Shown: one piece after another, positions 26,048-38,784 of the stretch
Position numbering within the stretch: the first letter of the stretch is position 1
How the letters are laid out: each line of letters begins with the position of its first letter
Source of the DNA: Octopus sinensis
Lineage: Eukaryota
NCBI RefSeq assembly: GCF_006345805.1
Contig: NC_043002.1
Location: 27,900,001-27,964,000 of the forward strand
DNA: 64,000 bases
Reading direction: 5' to 3'
The notes under the pieces: model-generated
The model's input: only the letters and a program-made list of their open reading frames with translations
What the model was told of the DNA's origin: nothing
The model's database searches: none
Translations under genes and position numbers: made by a program

Positions 26048-27820
26048 TGATAAAAATGGTAAGACAACAAAAGAATGAAAGAGACCTCGATACTATGTAA
26101 ATAGAGGAATTTATCTGTAAATGTAATATGTGACAATTATTCGGTAGCCATGATAAAACTCCGAGTTTCAGATGCCGAGGTGGAAATCCACGCAACCATC
26201 AATTCAGTTATCCAGCCATCAGAAAAAAAAACCGATGGCCGGATAACTCTTTATTAATCCTAAAGTATGAAAGTTAAAGTCTAAGTTATGGGGTTTGAGC
26301 TCAGTACGTAAATGAACATAAGTAAATATGTAAATAAGTAAAGATATTTTGTCTGAGACTCTTCCGACTCTGTTGTATCAGTGAAATATAATTAAGGATA
26401 GTTCAGCTGGCCGATGATTGCCATAAGTGGAATAAGCTTTCAATCTTATCTGAATAATTTTGACAATGTTTAGAATATTTGAATCTTAAACAAATGCGTT
26501 ATATTAGTTTCTTTTCTTTTTACAAACTCCCATACTTCACTAGAATTTGTGACATTAGCAATCAAGTCTTCTGTAAAGAAATCACGAGCTAGTTGGTAAT
26601 AGTAAAATACGTGGTTAAGGACATCTACCTACAAATAACAGGTACAGCCCACAATCTACCATCAACCCTCTTTCATTCAAATGGTTTGTGTCAATTTGAG
26701 GCTAAATTCCCAAAAGAATGAATCGGCTGTCTTAAACTATGTAAGGGTAACATTTCAAGTCTATCAACCGATACAATTTGTACGATTCGTCTGACGGCTT
26801 CCGCACAGTTTCCACCATACCAATTTTACACACGCCTTAGTTTCACATGTGAGTACATCAGCTTCTCCTATTCGTCATAGTCTGAGGAGAGGAATAAAAG
26901 CCACTACCCTCAGATCGTAGAATTGGTCTGAATTCATGTAACTAATTAGATGTCACTAAAAGCATTTATTCGGTCTACTAGTCAATGGTAATTTGTTAAA
27001 GCTTCAAAACTGAACAAATGCCTTTTAGCAGATTTATTTTTCCAAAACCTCACACTTTAATCCAAGTTGAGACAGTATCTATATTGGCTCTTGTAAGGTA
27101 TATTGAAATAATATTGTTTTTAATTGTTTTCTGGACAACCTTTTGGTGTTTTATGTATTCCGTTAATCGAATTCTACTATATACCTATTGTAATTCTCCT
27201 TATTACATGCAAAAATATTTATCTTGGTGAAATAACAATTCATCCCAAAGAAATTTGATGTGAACTAGATGGAACACCTTTGATCACAGGTCTATTTAAT
27301 CAGTGCTGGCCTAAGGCTCAACAAGAACAGCGACAGCAACAACGGCACGATAATATTCTTGAACTTGGTGTAATTACTGCTTTAAATAACTTAGCTGTTT
27401 CTGAAACTAGGTTTCCTGTGATAATCATTGATATTATTTCCACAACAAGAGACTGAAATTTAAATAAAGCAAACAAACTTTTTGGAATTCAAATTATTTT
27501 AAATACAGCCTTTCAAAACTTATACATTCGATCATTTATTTAAGAGAAAACGTAATTGTATAGAATTAAAAGTTCTTATATTATATTCTTCTGTGATAGA
27601 TTTGGCAATTCCCAAATACAAATTCATTTTTTTGATGATGTGTCGTCGTTTTTTCTAGATCCAGCCTGGAGTCTAGAAGAAACGAGTTCCAATCTACTAA
27701 TGGTAATACAGCAATATTACTGGCCTTGCTAGAACAACGTATTCAAAAGTTCTAATAAGCTATATCGATTCCAGTACTTCATAATCTGCGTATACACGCA
27801 CACACAAACACACACATGCA

Positions 27821-27946
27821 CACACATACACACATAAATGCATACATACATACATACATACATACATACATACATACATACATACGTACATACGTACATA
27901 CGTACGTACATACATACATACATACATACATACATACATACATACA

Positions 27947-27976
<30 letters not shown>
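27821..27976 (+). repeat. (CATA)n microsatellite
   Basis: Direct reading. Confidence 0.95.
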
Positions 27977-27979
<3 letters not shown>

Positions 27980-28708
27980 GAAGGGTATGCGTTTGCAATA
28001 CAGGAACAGGAAGTATCAACCAAGTACCTGATGCACAAAAGGAATAGAGTAAAATGTGAAAAGAGTAAAATGTGACAACCGATGCGGACTTTGTGGAGTT
28101 CGCACTGAAGATATCCCCCACATCATAAGCAGTTGTCCGAAAATGTCATCACAGTATTGTCTACCGATGAGACATAACATTGTAGATAGGACACTCTATA
28201 ATGAAATCCGTAGGAAGGATAATCCCGTGGACAAAGAAATGAAGACCCACAATATGATAGAAGCCATAGCCACTCAAAACGAAAAGGAATACTGGTGGAA
28301 TGTACCAATGAAGATCCTAATGAAATGTGCTTTAGGATAGAGAAGAAAAACTGTGCACAATAGTGGAAAGTAGCTGCCCAGCGGATGTTAACATAAAGCT
28401 GAAGATCAGTGAAAAAGAGAACACCTATGCTGAACTTTTGACAAATCTGCAGTTACTCTATCCAGATTATACCTGTAAGTATTGGAGCCCCGGGATATGT
28501 AACACACTGCCTAAGTGCTAATCTTGAGAAATTAGTCTTCTGAAAACCAGAAAGGAGAAAGCTAATTCGAAGACTACAGATCCAATCCATCACTGGAACT
28601 GTAAAAATCTGTAAAACTTTCCAGAAGTTTATCATTTAAATATATATGAGCATGTCTAGATATGTAATTATATGCATGAGAAGACATACATAAAGCATGC
28701 AAGTCTGC
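27977..28708 (+). mobile_element. 5'-truncated RLE-type (R4/HERO-like) non-LTR retrotransposon 3' fragment
   Basis: EGYAFAIQEQE, CCHC finger CGLC..EDIPHIISSC, EYWWNVP, IVE.SCPAD, GAPG, stop at about 28639. The PD part of the RLE is apparently deleted. Confidence 0.75.
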
Positions 28709-30214
28709 ACATACATACATACATACATACATACATACATACATACATACATACTACATACATACATACATACATACAAAAGCACCCTGTTGTTGATGTT
28801 GAATTTCCAATGAAAGAAACTTGGATCTAAGTTAGGAATCAGTTCTTTATTCATATAGATTTGGTCGACCCGGGCTTTAGAAGACCGTTACCCAACGCGC
28901 CACGCAGTGAGTCTGAACCCAAAACCATATGTTTGAGAAGTAAGCTTCTTACGACACAGCTGGGACGAGATTCCATATAGGTGGTCCATTTCTAAGCGGG
29001 AAAAAACCGGCTTGTGCCATGATGGCTGGACATACTAAGAATGACTAAAGATGAAGTGATGAGTTGATTGTATTGCAATCATGCGGATCCTGTTTCGTTC
29101 TCATTGCATGCCATCTAGTTATTGGACACAATTGGTGTTATGCAATGAGATCGAAACAGGATCCGTGTGATTATAATACGAACTTCTTTAGCACACGGTA
29201 CTGGTTGAACAAACATATAACTGAAAATTACTTGGTCATATACTGGTAATTGTTGATTCATAATATCGTAGCTTCATGTACGTTAGAAATTATTAATTTC
29301 AATGTTGTCTTTATCATTTGCTTATCAAAACTTGATTTAATAAAATGTTATGATATATATTCAGAAGCAGAATTAACTTAAGGTATGAAAAGTATTATAT
29401 ATTCTCAAAATTATAAATCGAAGACTATCTTACAGGTTGAAATATACTGAATGCAACTAACTATCTATATCTCATTATTGATTGTAAAGCATTCCATATG
29501 TATGAGGGGACACTTGAATCAAATTCTATTCAAAGGCACAAGATCCAAATGATGGCGCTAAAACGGGTAACTAATTAAGAGTACTACGTTCCTTTATATG
29601 TGTATGTAGTTTGTAAACAGAAAAATGGGTGAAAACACACAATAACATTTAAACAATTGCTGTAATCTTTTTAGGAAAATTAAAAGATGTAGTATTTCCT
29701 TTAGATATATTAGATCGTTTTTATCTTAACATCCAACAGTTTCGTGAAGTGTAATGCCAGAGCTTATCTCCTTTTCCCAGATGCACCATTTATGAAGTCG
29801 CATATAAAGACAACGTTATTCTCAGGCGAATATTAAAGACAATGCCCGTATATTTTCACCAAAAGGAACTCCTCTTAATGTACACTGAACCCGGCTAAGT
29901 AAGGCTATTAAACCAATTCAGGTATTAGATTTATCATCCAAAATAACTACAGTTTCCACGTTGTTTATTTACTCAATCATTCACGGAAACTTTGATTCAA
30001 ACCAAGGTTATTATGAGAGATATTTGTCCGGAGGTGCGATTGAATCCGGAACCATACGATTGCTATATGATCACTAATCATATGATTACTAAATGAACTT
30101 CTTAATACGCTATTCTTGCGTGTGTTTCATAGAGAAGGAAAAGGAAACTTCTGATATGAAAATGTATGAAATTCTTACTTGTATAGTTATTTTATGTTAT
30201 AACATGTAATAAGA

Positions 30215-30400
30215 TATTGGTTTCGAATATTGGAAGCAATTTCGGGAAGAAGATAAGTCCATTACATCAATTTCCGATCTAGAGAGGATGAAAGTCAAAG
30301 TCGGCCTCGGCAGAATTTGTACTCGGAACGTAAAGAAAGATGAAATCCCGTTAAGCATTTTTCCCGGTGTGCTAATGATTCTATCAGCTCACCGCCTTAC
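30215..30400 (-). mobile_element. SINE family 3, degenerate
   Basis: Reverse complement resembles 11758-11945 (AAAGTCGGCCTCGG, GTGCTAATGATTCT). Confidence 0.5.
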
Positions 30401-31326
30401 CATGAGATGAAATATTGATTTCAGATTTTGGTACAAGGCCAGCACATTCTAAGGAGGGAGTAAGTCGATTACAGCGACCCAAGTACACTACTGTTACATA
30501 TTTCATCGACCCAGAAATAATGAAAGGACTTGCAATGAGATAAAATATTAATCATTCACACACAGTAGAGTGTAATAAATATTCTTGTCGTGTGGACGCC
30601 CCCAGACGATGAAGTAGGCTAGCCCAATACGTAGATATAGAGGGAGAAGTCTAGACGTCAAGAGTTGGGCTGAGTAGAGGTCATCCGAACGTGCGACATA
30701 ACAATTCTTAAAATCAACATTTACTCACTCGCGACCACTTCTAGGCTGTGTCACTAACTCAGTTTTTAACCAAATTAGATGATGTTTACATTTTTAGATT
30801 GGTTACATCCTAAGCTACAATTTCATTTGAGAAATTTGAAAATTGTTTCGGCAGAAAAAAGTTTCAGTAAAATATGTGAGCTCAAAAACGGGAGAGTAAT
30901 GCCTGATATCGACCATAGAGTCCAAATATATATTTTTTTAATAAATCTATATTTTATTTTAGCTTATATGATAAATCTCGATGACAGGAATCTATCCATG
31001 CTAGTTATATGCAAAAATATTGAGTAGAAAAAAGTACTGAGTTAAAAACCAGTGAGAAAAAAGGAGATTAACGCCTGAAATCAACCCTGACCTCAAATAT
31101 TATTCTTATTTCAAAAGAAAACCATATCTAAATGTAACTTTTCTGATATAACTCGGCTACAGGAATCTCATGATTCTAATTATATAAAAAAAAAATTTGA
31201 TGAAATGTTACTGGGGCCAAATGTGCCAAAAAAACAGTGGTAATGCCTAAAAGCAAATCCAAAACCTAAACATTTTATCGTTTGTGTAAAAATTTTGTTT
31301 TTGTTTACCTCATATGATATTAAGAC

Positions 31327-31327
<1 letters not shown>

Positions 31328-31413
<86 letters not shown>
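31328..31413 (+). repeat. (GT)n microsatellite
   Basis: Direct reading. Confidence 0.95.
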
Positions 31414-31417
<4 letters not shown>

Positions 31418-32593
31418 GCTTACCGAAACGTCACTGAAACAGTAAAATTACACACAATCACAAATGTTTTCAGAAGCATTTAACACCGCGAAATGTCTAT
31501 TATCCAGGAATAAATGAATTAGGATGTAGAGATTTATTTAGAAGCGTAAACTGTGTGTTGTGAACAATGATTTTCAACATTTATATAACAATCACTGTGT
31601 TTTCTAAATCATAAATTGAATAAGATATCGGTATATGAAATATTGATGTAACTAACTAGCTTTAGGACCCAGATGCCATTGTTGTAACTGTGAAATAGGA
31701 AAAGTATAATGAGGAAATATTGAGTATGTGCAAGTATAGTGAGGAGCATGATGTTAAAGTGTTTTGGTGAGTGACTTTGTTATGTTTTGAATTGTGTGCC
31801 TTTAGCTGCAATATTGTCCCAAGTATCATAGAATAATTCCATTGTCGTTCTGGTTTGCGTTATACAGTCAGCAACTGCTCGGGGTTAAAAGTATTTTTTG
31901 TCCGTAAAAGCTTGTTTCTTTTTTCTTTTTTTATGTTCGTATGAATGGCAGCAGCAGTATTGTTCCAGCTTTTGGGGAAGCATGCCTTTGCTAGTCTCAT
32001 TTGAGTGTTGTAAGATATTCGGCATCAATTTGGAGCTAAAAATATATTTTGTTGACAAAAGCTAGTCTTCTGAATGGTCGTAAGTATAGCTTTATTATCG
32101 TCCCACATGTTGGAGTTATATATATCTCTGCTGGTTTCAAGTGAGTGTTAAAAGGGACTTGGCATCAGCATGAATCTAAAATACTTTCTCACACTGGAAA
32201 GTAAATCTAGCCTTTGAATGAGAATATGAGTTCCATACGTGTAGTTGTAGCACCGTCTTTATGTCTGAGCACTATTCCATTGTAGATCTCTCCAAGGCTT
32301 TATGATGTAATGTTCCTTTATGAAAAATGGTTTTGTAACAGATTCTTTCAATTAACTGCATCAAAAAATGTTTTATTATTTTCCTTTTCTCCTTAAATGG
32401 ACATTACTATGTTGTATAGTCTGTCAGGCTTGTTACGCTTGTATTTAGTAGCTTTGTTGCAATGTACAACCAATGTTAATTGTTTTGATATGTATGTATG
32501 TTATAGCAGAGGTGTGTTTTTATATTTATCCCAGGACACTCTTTCCTGCACATTGCACTGTATATTGTCTTTTAGCAACATAGCATAGACGTT

Positions 32594-33018
32594 GGAGTGG
32601 CTGTGTGTTAAGTAGCTTGCTTACCAGCTACATGGTTCCGGGATCATTCCCACTGCGTGAACCTTGGGCAAGTGTCATTTACTATAGCCTCGGGCCGACC
32701 AAAGCCTTGTGAGTGGATTTGGAGGCGGAAACTGAAAAAAGCCTGTCATATATATGTATATATGTGTATGTGTGTCTGTGTGTGTGTATGTTTGTGTTTC
32801 TGTGTTTGTCCCCCCCCCAACATCGCTTGACAACTGATGCCGGTGTGTTTACGTCCCCGTAACTTAGCGGTTAGGCAAAAGAGACCGATAGAATAAGTAC
32901 TAGGCTTACAAAGAATAAGTCCTGGGGTCGAATTGCTCGACTAAAGGCGGTTCTCCAGCATGGCCACAGTCAAATGACTGAAACAAGTAAAAGAGTAAAA
33001 GAGTAAAAGAGTAAAAGA
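32594..33018 (+). mobile_element. SINE family 1, full length
   Basis: Collinear with 794-1241, including the internal microsatellite and (GTAAAAGA)n tail. Confidence 0.85.
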
Positions 33019-33427
33019 ACAACATATCACAATGCAACATGGTACAGTGATGATATTTTTGAGCAGCTGCTGATTACATGTGTTAAGTCCAACACGGATG
33101 AATGGTATAATCAACATTTGGATTTGTTCGTAAAATATTTCCTTTGTTTGCGAAAGTATAGTTTCAGATACTTAAATTCAACCAAATTTTTCTCTTCCTG
33201 ATCTCATACACACACACACATACCGTATGTATGTGTATGTATGTATGTATGTATGTATGTATGTATGTATGTATGTATGTATGTATGTATGTATGTATGT
33301 GTGTATGTGTGTATGTGTGTATGTACGTATGTATGTATGTAAGGTTAGGAAGAGAAAAATTTGGTTGAATTTAAATGAAAATGTGGAAGAACCAATGGAA
33401 AGAACAGCGAGTGAAATTATATTAAAA

Positions 33428-33576
33428 ACTAGCAGTATCGCCCGGCGTTGCTCGGGTTTGTTTCGACCGCTTGGAATTGTAATTTTGAAAAGTAAAAAAT
33501 TTTGTGAAATTTTTATGGTCGAAATACACCGAAAAGTGGCGACACAGAGGTGAAAAAATCGTAAAAAATAGGGATT
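33428..33576 (+). mobile_element. possible non-autonomous Helitron/Helentron-like terminus, truncated by the gap
   Basis: ACTAGCAGTATCGCCCGGCGTTGCTCGGG: CTAG plus short GC hairpin, resembling invertebrate Helitron-type ends. Confidence 0.4.
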
Positions 33577-33676
33577 NNNNNNNNNNNNNNNNNNNNNNNN
33601 NNNNNNNNNNNNNNNNNNNNNNNNNNNNNNNNNNNNNNNNNNNNNNNNNNNNNNNNNNNNNNNNNNNNNNNNNNNN
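33577..33676. other. assembly gap (100 N)
   Basis: Direct reading. Confidence 1.
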
Positions 33677-33809
33677 TGTATACATACATACATACATACA
33701 TACATACATAGATGCATATATACTTAAACATTTTTAAATGCATATATGAATCTAAATGTATATAAATATCTATATAATATATTTCTATAAAAACATTCAT
33801 TGTATATAT

Positions 33810-33881
<72 letters not shown>

Positions 33882-33936
33882 ACACACACACACACCATAG
33901 ACAATACATATACAAACACCAATATATCATAACATA

Positions 33937-33985
<49 letters not shown>

Positions 33986-34001
33986 ATATATATATATATA
34001 T

Positions 34002-34057
<56 letters not shown>

Positions 34058-34170
34058 TTATATATATATATATATATATACTTACCTATATGTATGTATT
34101 TCTGAAAAGATTGGTGTGTAATCTATTCAAATGTTTCGAATACTCAAATATATATTTACTGATACTCAAA

Positions 34171-34202
<32 letters not shown>

Positions 34203-34265
34203 CTACTACAGATATACACACATACTTTTGTGAGTGTATAATTGTATGAGGCGTGTCTAATATTC

Positions 34266-34321
<56 letters not shown>

Positions 34322-34348
34322 ATATATTATATATATATATATAATATC

Positions 34349-34394
<46 letters not shown>

Positions 34395-34827
34395 AAGTAA
34401 GTTAGGGGTTGTGGATCCAACCCACTAAGGGATATTACTTATCCAAGATACTGTTGTATAATACCCAAATTATTAATACACAAGTGTTTTTAGTCAACAT
34501 TCTAATATCCTAAAGCTGATAAACACACTAATGTGTTTCTCCATTTTCTTATTTGTATATATATATATATATATATATAATAATATAATACATATATATA
34601 TTTGTATGTGAATATGTGACATTTTATATCTTATATTGTAAGCAGATTGACTAACACAGTCTCACGAAACACATATGTATGTATCTTTGTGTATATATGA
34701 ATATGTAAATGTTACGTGTCCGCTGATGCTCACACACACAACACACACATTTTTATCTATATTATCTATATACTTATTTCTCTTTCTCTCTCTATATATA
34801 ATATATATGTATATGTATGTGTATATA

Positions 34828-34873
<46 letters not shown>

Positions 34874-35060
34874 TATATATACATATATATATATATACAC
34901 ATACATACATGCACACACATTTACTATATGTATGTGTATCTATCTATCTATCTATCTATCTATGTATACTATCTATTTATCATCTATCTGTCTATCTGTC
35001 TCTGTTTGTCTGTCTTTCTCTCTCTCTCTATATATATACATATATGTGTGCATGTATTTG

Positions 35061-35098
<38 letters not shown>

Positions 35099-36072
35099 TT
35101 ATATATATATATATATATACATATGCATATTAAATGTTTACAAAGAAGTATTTTTATACATACGCTAAAAAACACGAACAAATACAATAGACTTGTAATG
35201 TCATACACGCATACATAAATGCATACTTACATACATGCATACATACATACTTACATGCATACACACATGCATACATACATGCATACATGCATGCATACAT
35301 ACATACATACATACATACATACATACACACAAACATACATACACACATACATGCATAGATAGATACGCATATGTGTATATCCATTGAAAATGCCGAATCT
35401 GAAATACAGAGCTGGTTAAAACGCTTTGGAGGAATTTTAGCGAGAGAAGCACTTTTCACTAATACAGCAACCAGCTGGATGTTTCTGCTGTTTAGGTGTC
35501 CTAATTAAAGATACCAAATAAAAGAACTGATCACAATAGGTTTGTTGGGAAGGATGTTGCTTAGTGCATGAAATACTCTCATCTGAAGGTGACAATTATT
35601 GGAGAGCAAGCAATATCGGTATATATCTTGCTTAACCTACATGAACATACATTACAATGGTGCTACTTAAATTATGTGCATGAATACGTACATGCATTTG
35701 TCAATATTACTTATGCATATACATACATCTCTCTCTCTCCACATACACTCACGCATGTACGCACGCACACACACATATATATATCTTTAAAAAAAATATA
35801 TATACATAAATACATACCTAATGTATTTATGTATATATGTATGTATGCATGTATGCATGTATATATCAATCAATTTTTTGGGGACGATCAAGGTAACTAT
35901 GACTTGTTAATATAATATAATATAATATAATACAATATAATATAATTTAATATAATATAATGTAATATAATTAATATAACATCATAGATATAATGATATA
36001 ATATATATATATATATATATGAAGACACATGAGTTAGTCGTTAGGGTGATGCTCTCACGATGGCGAGATCAT

Positions 36073-36154
<82 letters not shown>

Positions 36155-36161
<7 letters not shown>

Positions 36162-36352
36162 ATTAGAGACAAAACCACTATTATGCAAATCAAACAAAGA
36201 AAGACTTAAGCCAATACTAAATTAATTTATATAAATTTAGAAATTTAACAATTATAAATAACCACTACGATCGTTTCATGTCTTATTTCAGCACATCTTT
36301 GAGACATTCTTCAGGTGGTTTCAAAACCTAAAATATAATCAATATTTTTAAG
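36155..36352 (-). mobile_element. P4: about 200-bp hammerhead-bearing insert between (TA)n tracts (solo Penelope-like pLTR or retrozyme-like)
   Basis: Non-repetitive insert bounded by TA runs and containing a complete hammerhead. Confidence 0.6.
36260..36320 (-). ncRNA. compact type I hammerhead ribozyme
   Basis: Minus strand: AACCAC CTGAAGA ATGTCT-(18 nt)-AGACAT GAAA CGATCG TA GTGGTT. Perfect 6-bp stems I and II; GUA site between 36266 and 36265. Confidence 0.9.
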
Positions 36353-37099
36353 ATATATATATATGAACTTTCTGTTAGTTAAATATGCTTTTGACATATC
36401 TTACATTCTAGAAGTAAATTTGGTGCAGTTACCGTGGAGAACAAAAAGTTCTCCCTTATGATGAAAGTTGTAAAAACACCACATCTCCTCAGTGCTTCCA
36501 CCTTATTGGATTCCCAGGCAGCTGTCCTGGATCTTTGGTCTTCGTCTATGGAAATACCAAAGAGAGATAACCCTGGGTAGATTCAAAGCCGTAACTTCAA
36601 AAAACGGTACATCAGTGATCATGGTAGAGAAAATATGTGTATGCGCGCGCGCGTGTGTGTGAGTGAGAGCGTGGAAAGAGACACGGCTTGAAGGTTACTA
36701 CGGTCAAGAATCTTACCAAAAATCAAATCTCACTTTAAAGGTCCAAGAGGTACAATATCTCTATCCTTTAACTAAGAAGTTGTAGATAATCTATGAAATA
36801 GATATCAAGTTTATTCTTGCTGCGCTGGTGATGTAGCCTGGAGAACGAAGTGAGAACATCTGGATGGATCTGGAAGCAATTAGAAAAGAAGATCCAGGCC
36901 AGAGATGAGTGAAGAGGGATCGTTAAAAACCTATGCTCCAGGTGGGTCGAAGGCCTTAGTGAGTGAGATATAGTGATTTGAAATGTGACTAAGACATAAC
37001 CGATTTCGATATCAGGATGCAATTATTCGTTGATGACAAACTATTGAAAGGTGAAACATCCTGTATACTTACTGAAATCGGTTCTTTCATACCAAAAGA

Positions 37100-37420
37100 T
37101 AGTGGCTTTCCATCGGTTACGATGATTAGGATTCCAGTTGATACGATCGAGGAACAGCCTGCTCGTGAAATGAACGTGCAAGTGGATGAACACCCCATAG
37201 ACACATGTGCCCTTAACGAAGTTCTCAGGGGGACTCAGCGTGACAAAAAAAAATGTGACAAGGCCGGTCTTTTGATATACAGGTACTACCCATTTTCATC
37301 AACTGAGTGGACTGGAGCAACATGAAATAAAGTGTATTGTTCAAGGACACAACAAGCCGCCGGGAATCGAATTCATGACCTTACGATTGACAGCCGAATA
37401 CCCTAATCACTAAGTCACAC
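37100..37420 (-). mobile_element. SINE family 4
   Basis: Reverse complement of 22946-23230; explains ORF 37017-37325. Confidence 0.65.
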
Positions 37421-37689
37421 CAACCACTAAGTCCCACCCCCACACCAACAAAGAGGAAACTAATGAAATACCCGGCAGCTTTACAGCAAATCGTGCAAGG
37501 AAGAATGTAGAAGGGCGGAATTAAATACTAAAAGACATTTAGTCTGGTGCTCTGCCGATTTTACCATTTCAAAGACTAGACTTCCTCATCAGTACCAGAC
37601 AAAATTCATCTTTGGTCAGTCATTCATCGTCTACAGAATTCAAAGAAGACAAGACACAGCTAATTTTGCTGCTTCAACAGCTCCTACTG

Positions 37690-38065
37690 CTGCTGTTGCT
37701 GCTGCAACAACAACAACAACAACAACAACAATTACTATCATGCAAATATTAGTCAGTGCCACCACCGCCGCCGCCTCGACCACGACCACAACCATGACGA
37801 CGACCACCAGCACCAGCAGCACCAGCACCAGCAGCACCAGCACCAGCAGCACCAGCACCAGCAGCACCAGCACCAGCACCAGCAGCAGCACCACCACTGC
37901 CGCTGCCGCCACCACAGCTACCACTACCACATTACCTACATACCCACCAAACCGCCACAACTACGGACACTATCACCATCTCCGCTACTATCACAACCAT
38001 ATCACCACCTTCACCGTTACCACCACCACCACCATCATCATCATCAATGTCAATAGCAGCAACAA
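37690..38065 (+). repeat. compound (ACA/ACC/AGC)n trinucleotide repeat
   Basis: Direct reading; source of the Thr/Ser-rich ORF 37740-38105. Confidence 0.9.
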
Positions 38066-38211
38066 CAATACCGTTTTCTCGTTGACGTTAATTAGAGGTT
38101 ATTGAAAGAATTTTCTCCAAAAACTAAATGAATTTTTAAGAATACTAAATGGTTAACACACCCACACACACACACACACAAACACGCAACACATTATATA
38201 TATAATATATA

Positions 38212-38246
<35 letters not shown>

Positions 38247-38293
38247 CTATATGGATGTATATTTGGTGTGTATATTATATATATAATATATAT

Positions 38294-38334
<41 letters not shown>

Positions 38335-38460
38335 ATGCAATATAATAATAATTGTACACGTAATTTATGAGTTAGCACCTGGCGCACTACTTCACTGTGT
38401 GAGTGTGTATGTATGTTTGTATGTACAAACCTTGTATGCATACACACATATAAACATGTC

Positions 38461-38496
38461 TATCTATCATCTATCTATCTATCTATCTATCTATCG

Positions 38497-38580
<84 letters not shown>
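38461..38580 (+). repeat. (TATC)n, 5' flank of the Tx1 array
   Basis: Direct reading; preceded by non-element DNA. Confidence 0.95.
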
Positions 38581-38784
38581 CTGTCTATGGACGTGCGATC
38601 TCTTCGACTCCGAAGGTAATTGTTCATTTTGACTATTTATAGCCCAATTTTTGTGTAAATTTTTGCAAATAAGGTGTGTAAGGCAACCAACTTTCGTTTG
38701 AGTGCTTTTCCAAGGGAGGAATTCGCCCCTAGGGGCAGTTTTGACCCCATTTCATTTCTGTAATTTTCTTCTCGACATTAGAAA

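Noticed and set aside
34393-34550. Another insert within (TA)n, checked for a hammerhead
   Set aside because: CTGATAA is not followed by a stem II/GAAA arrangement; identity unknown.
37520-37600. Minus-strand CTGATGA...GAAA as a hammerhead
   Set aside because: Stem II pairs poorly, and no stem III or stem I can be formed.
38605-38670. AAG|GTAAT followed by AATTTTTG read as a spliced-leader RNA with an Sm site
   Set aside because: It lies in the retrotransposon 5' leader, T-runs are common here, and no SL-type stem-loops were evident.
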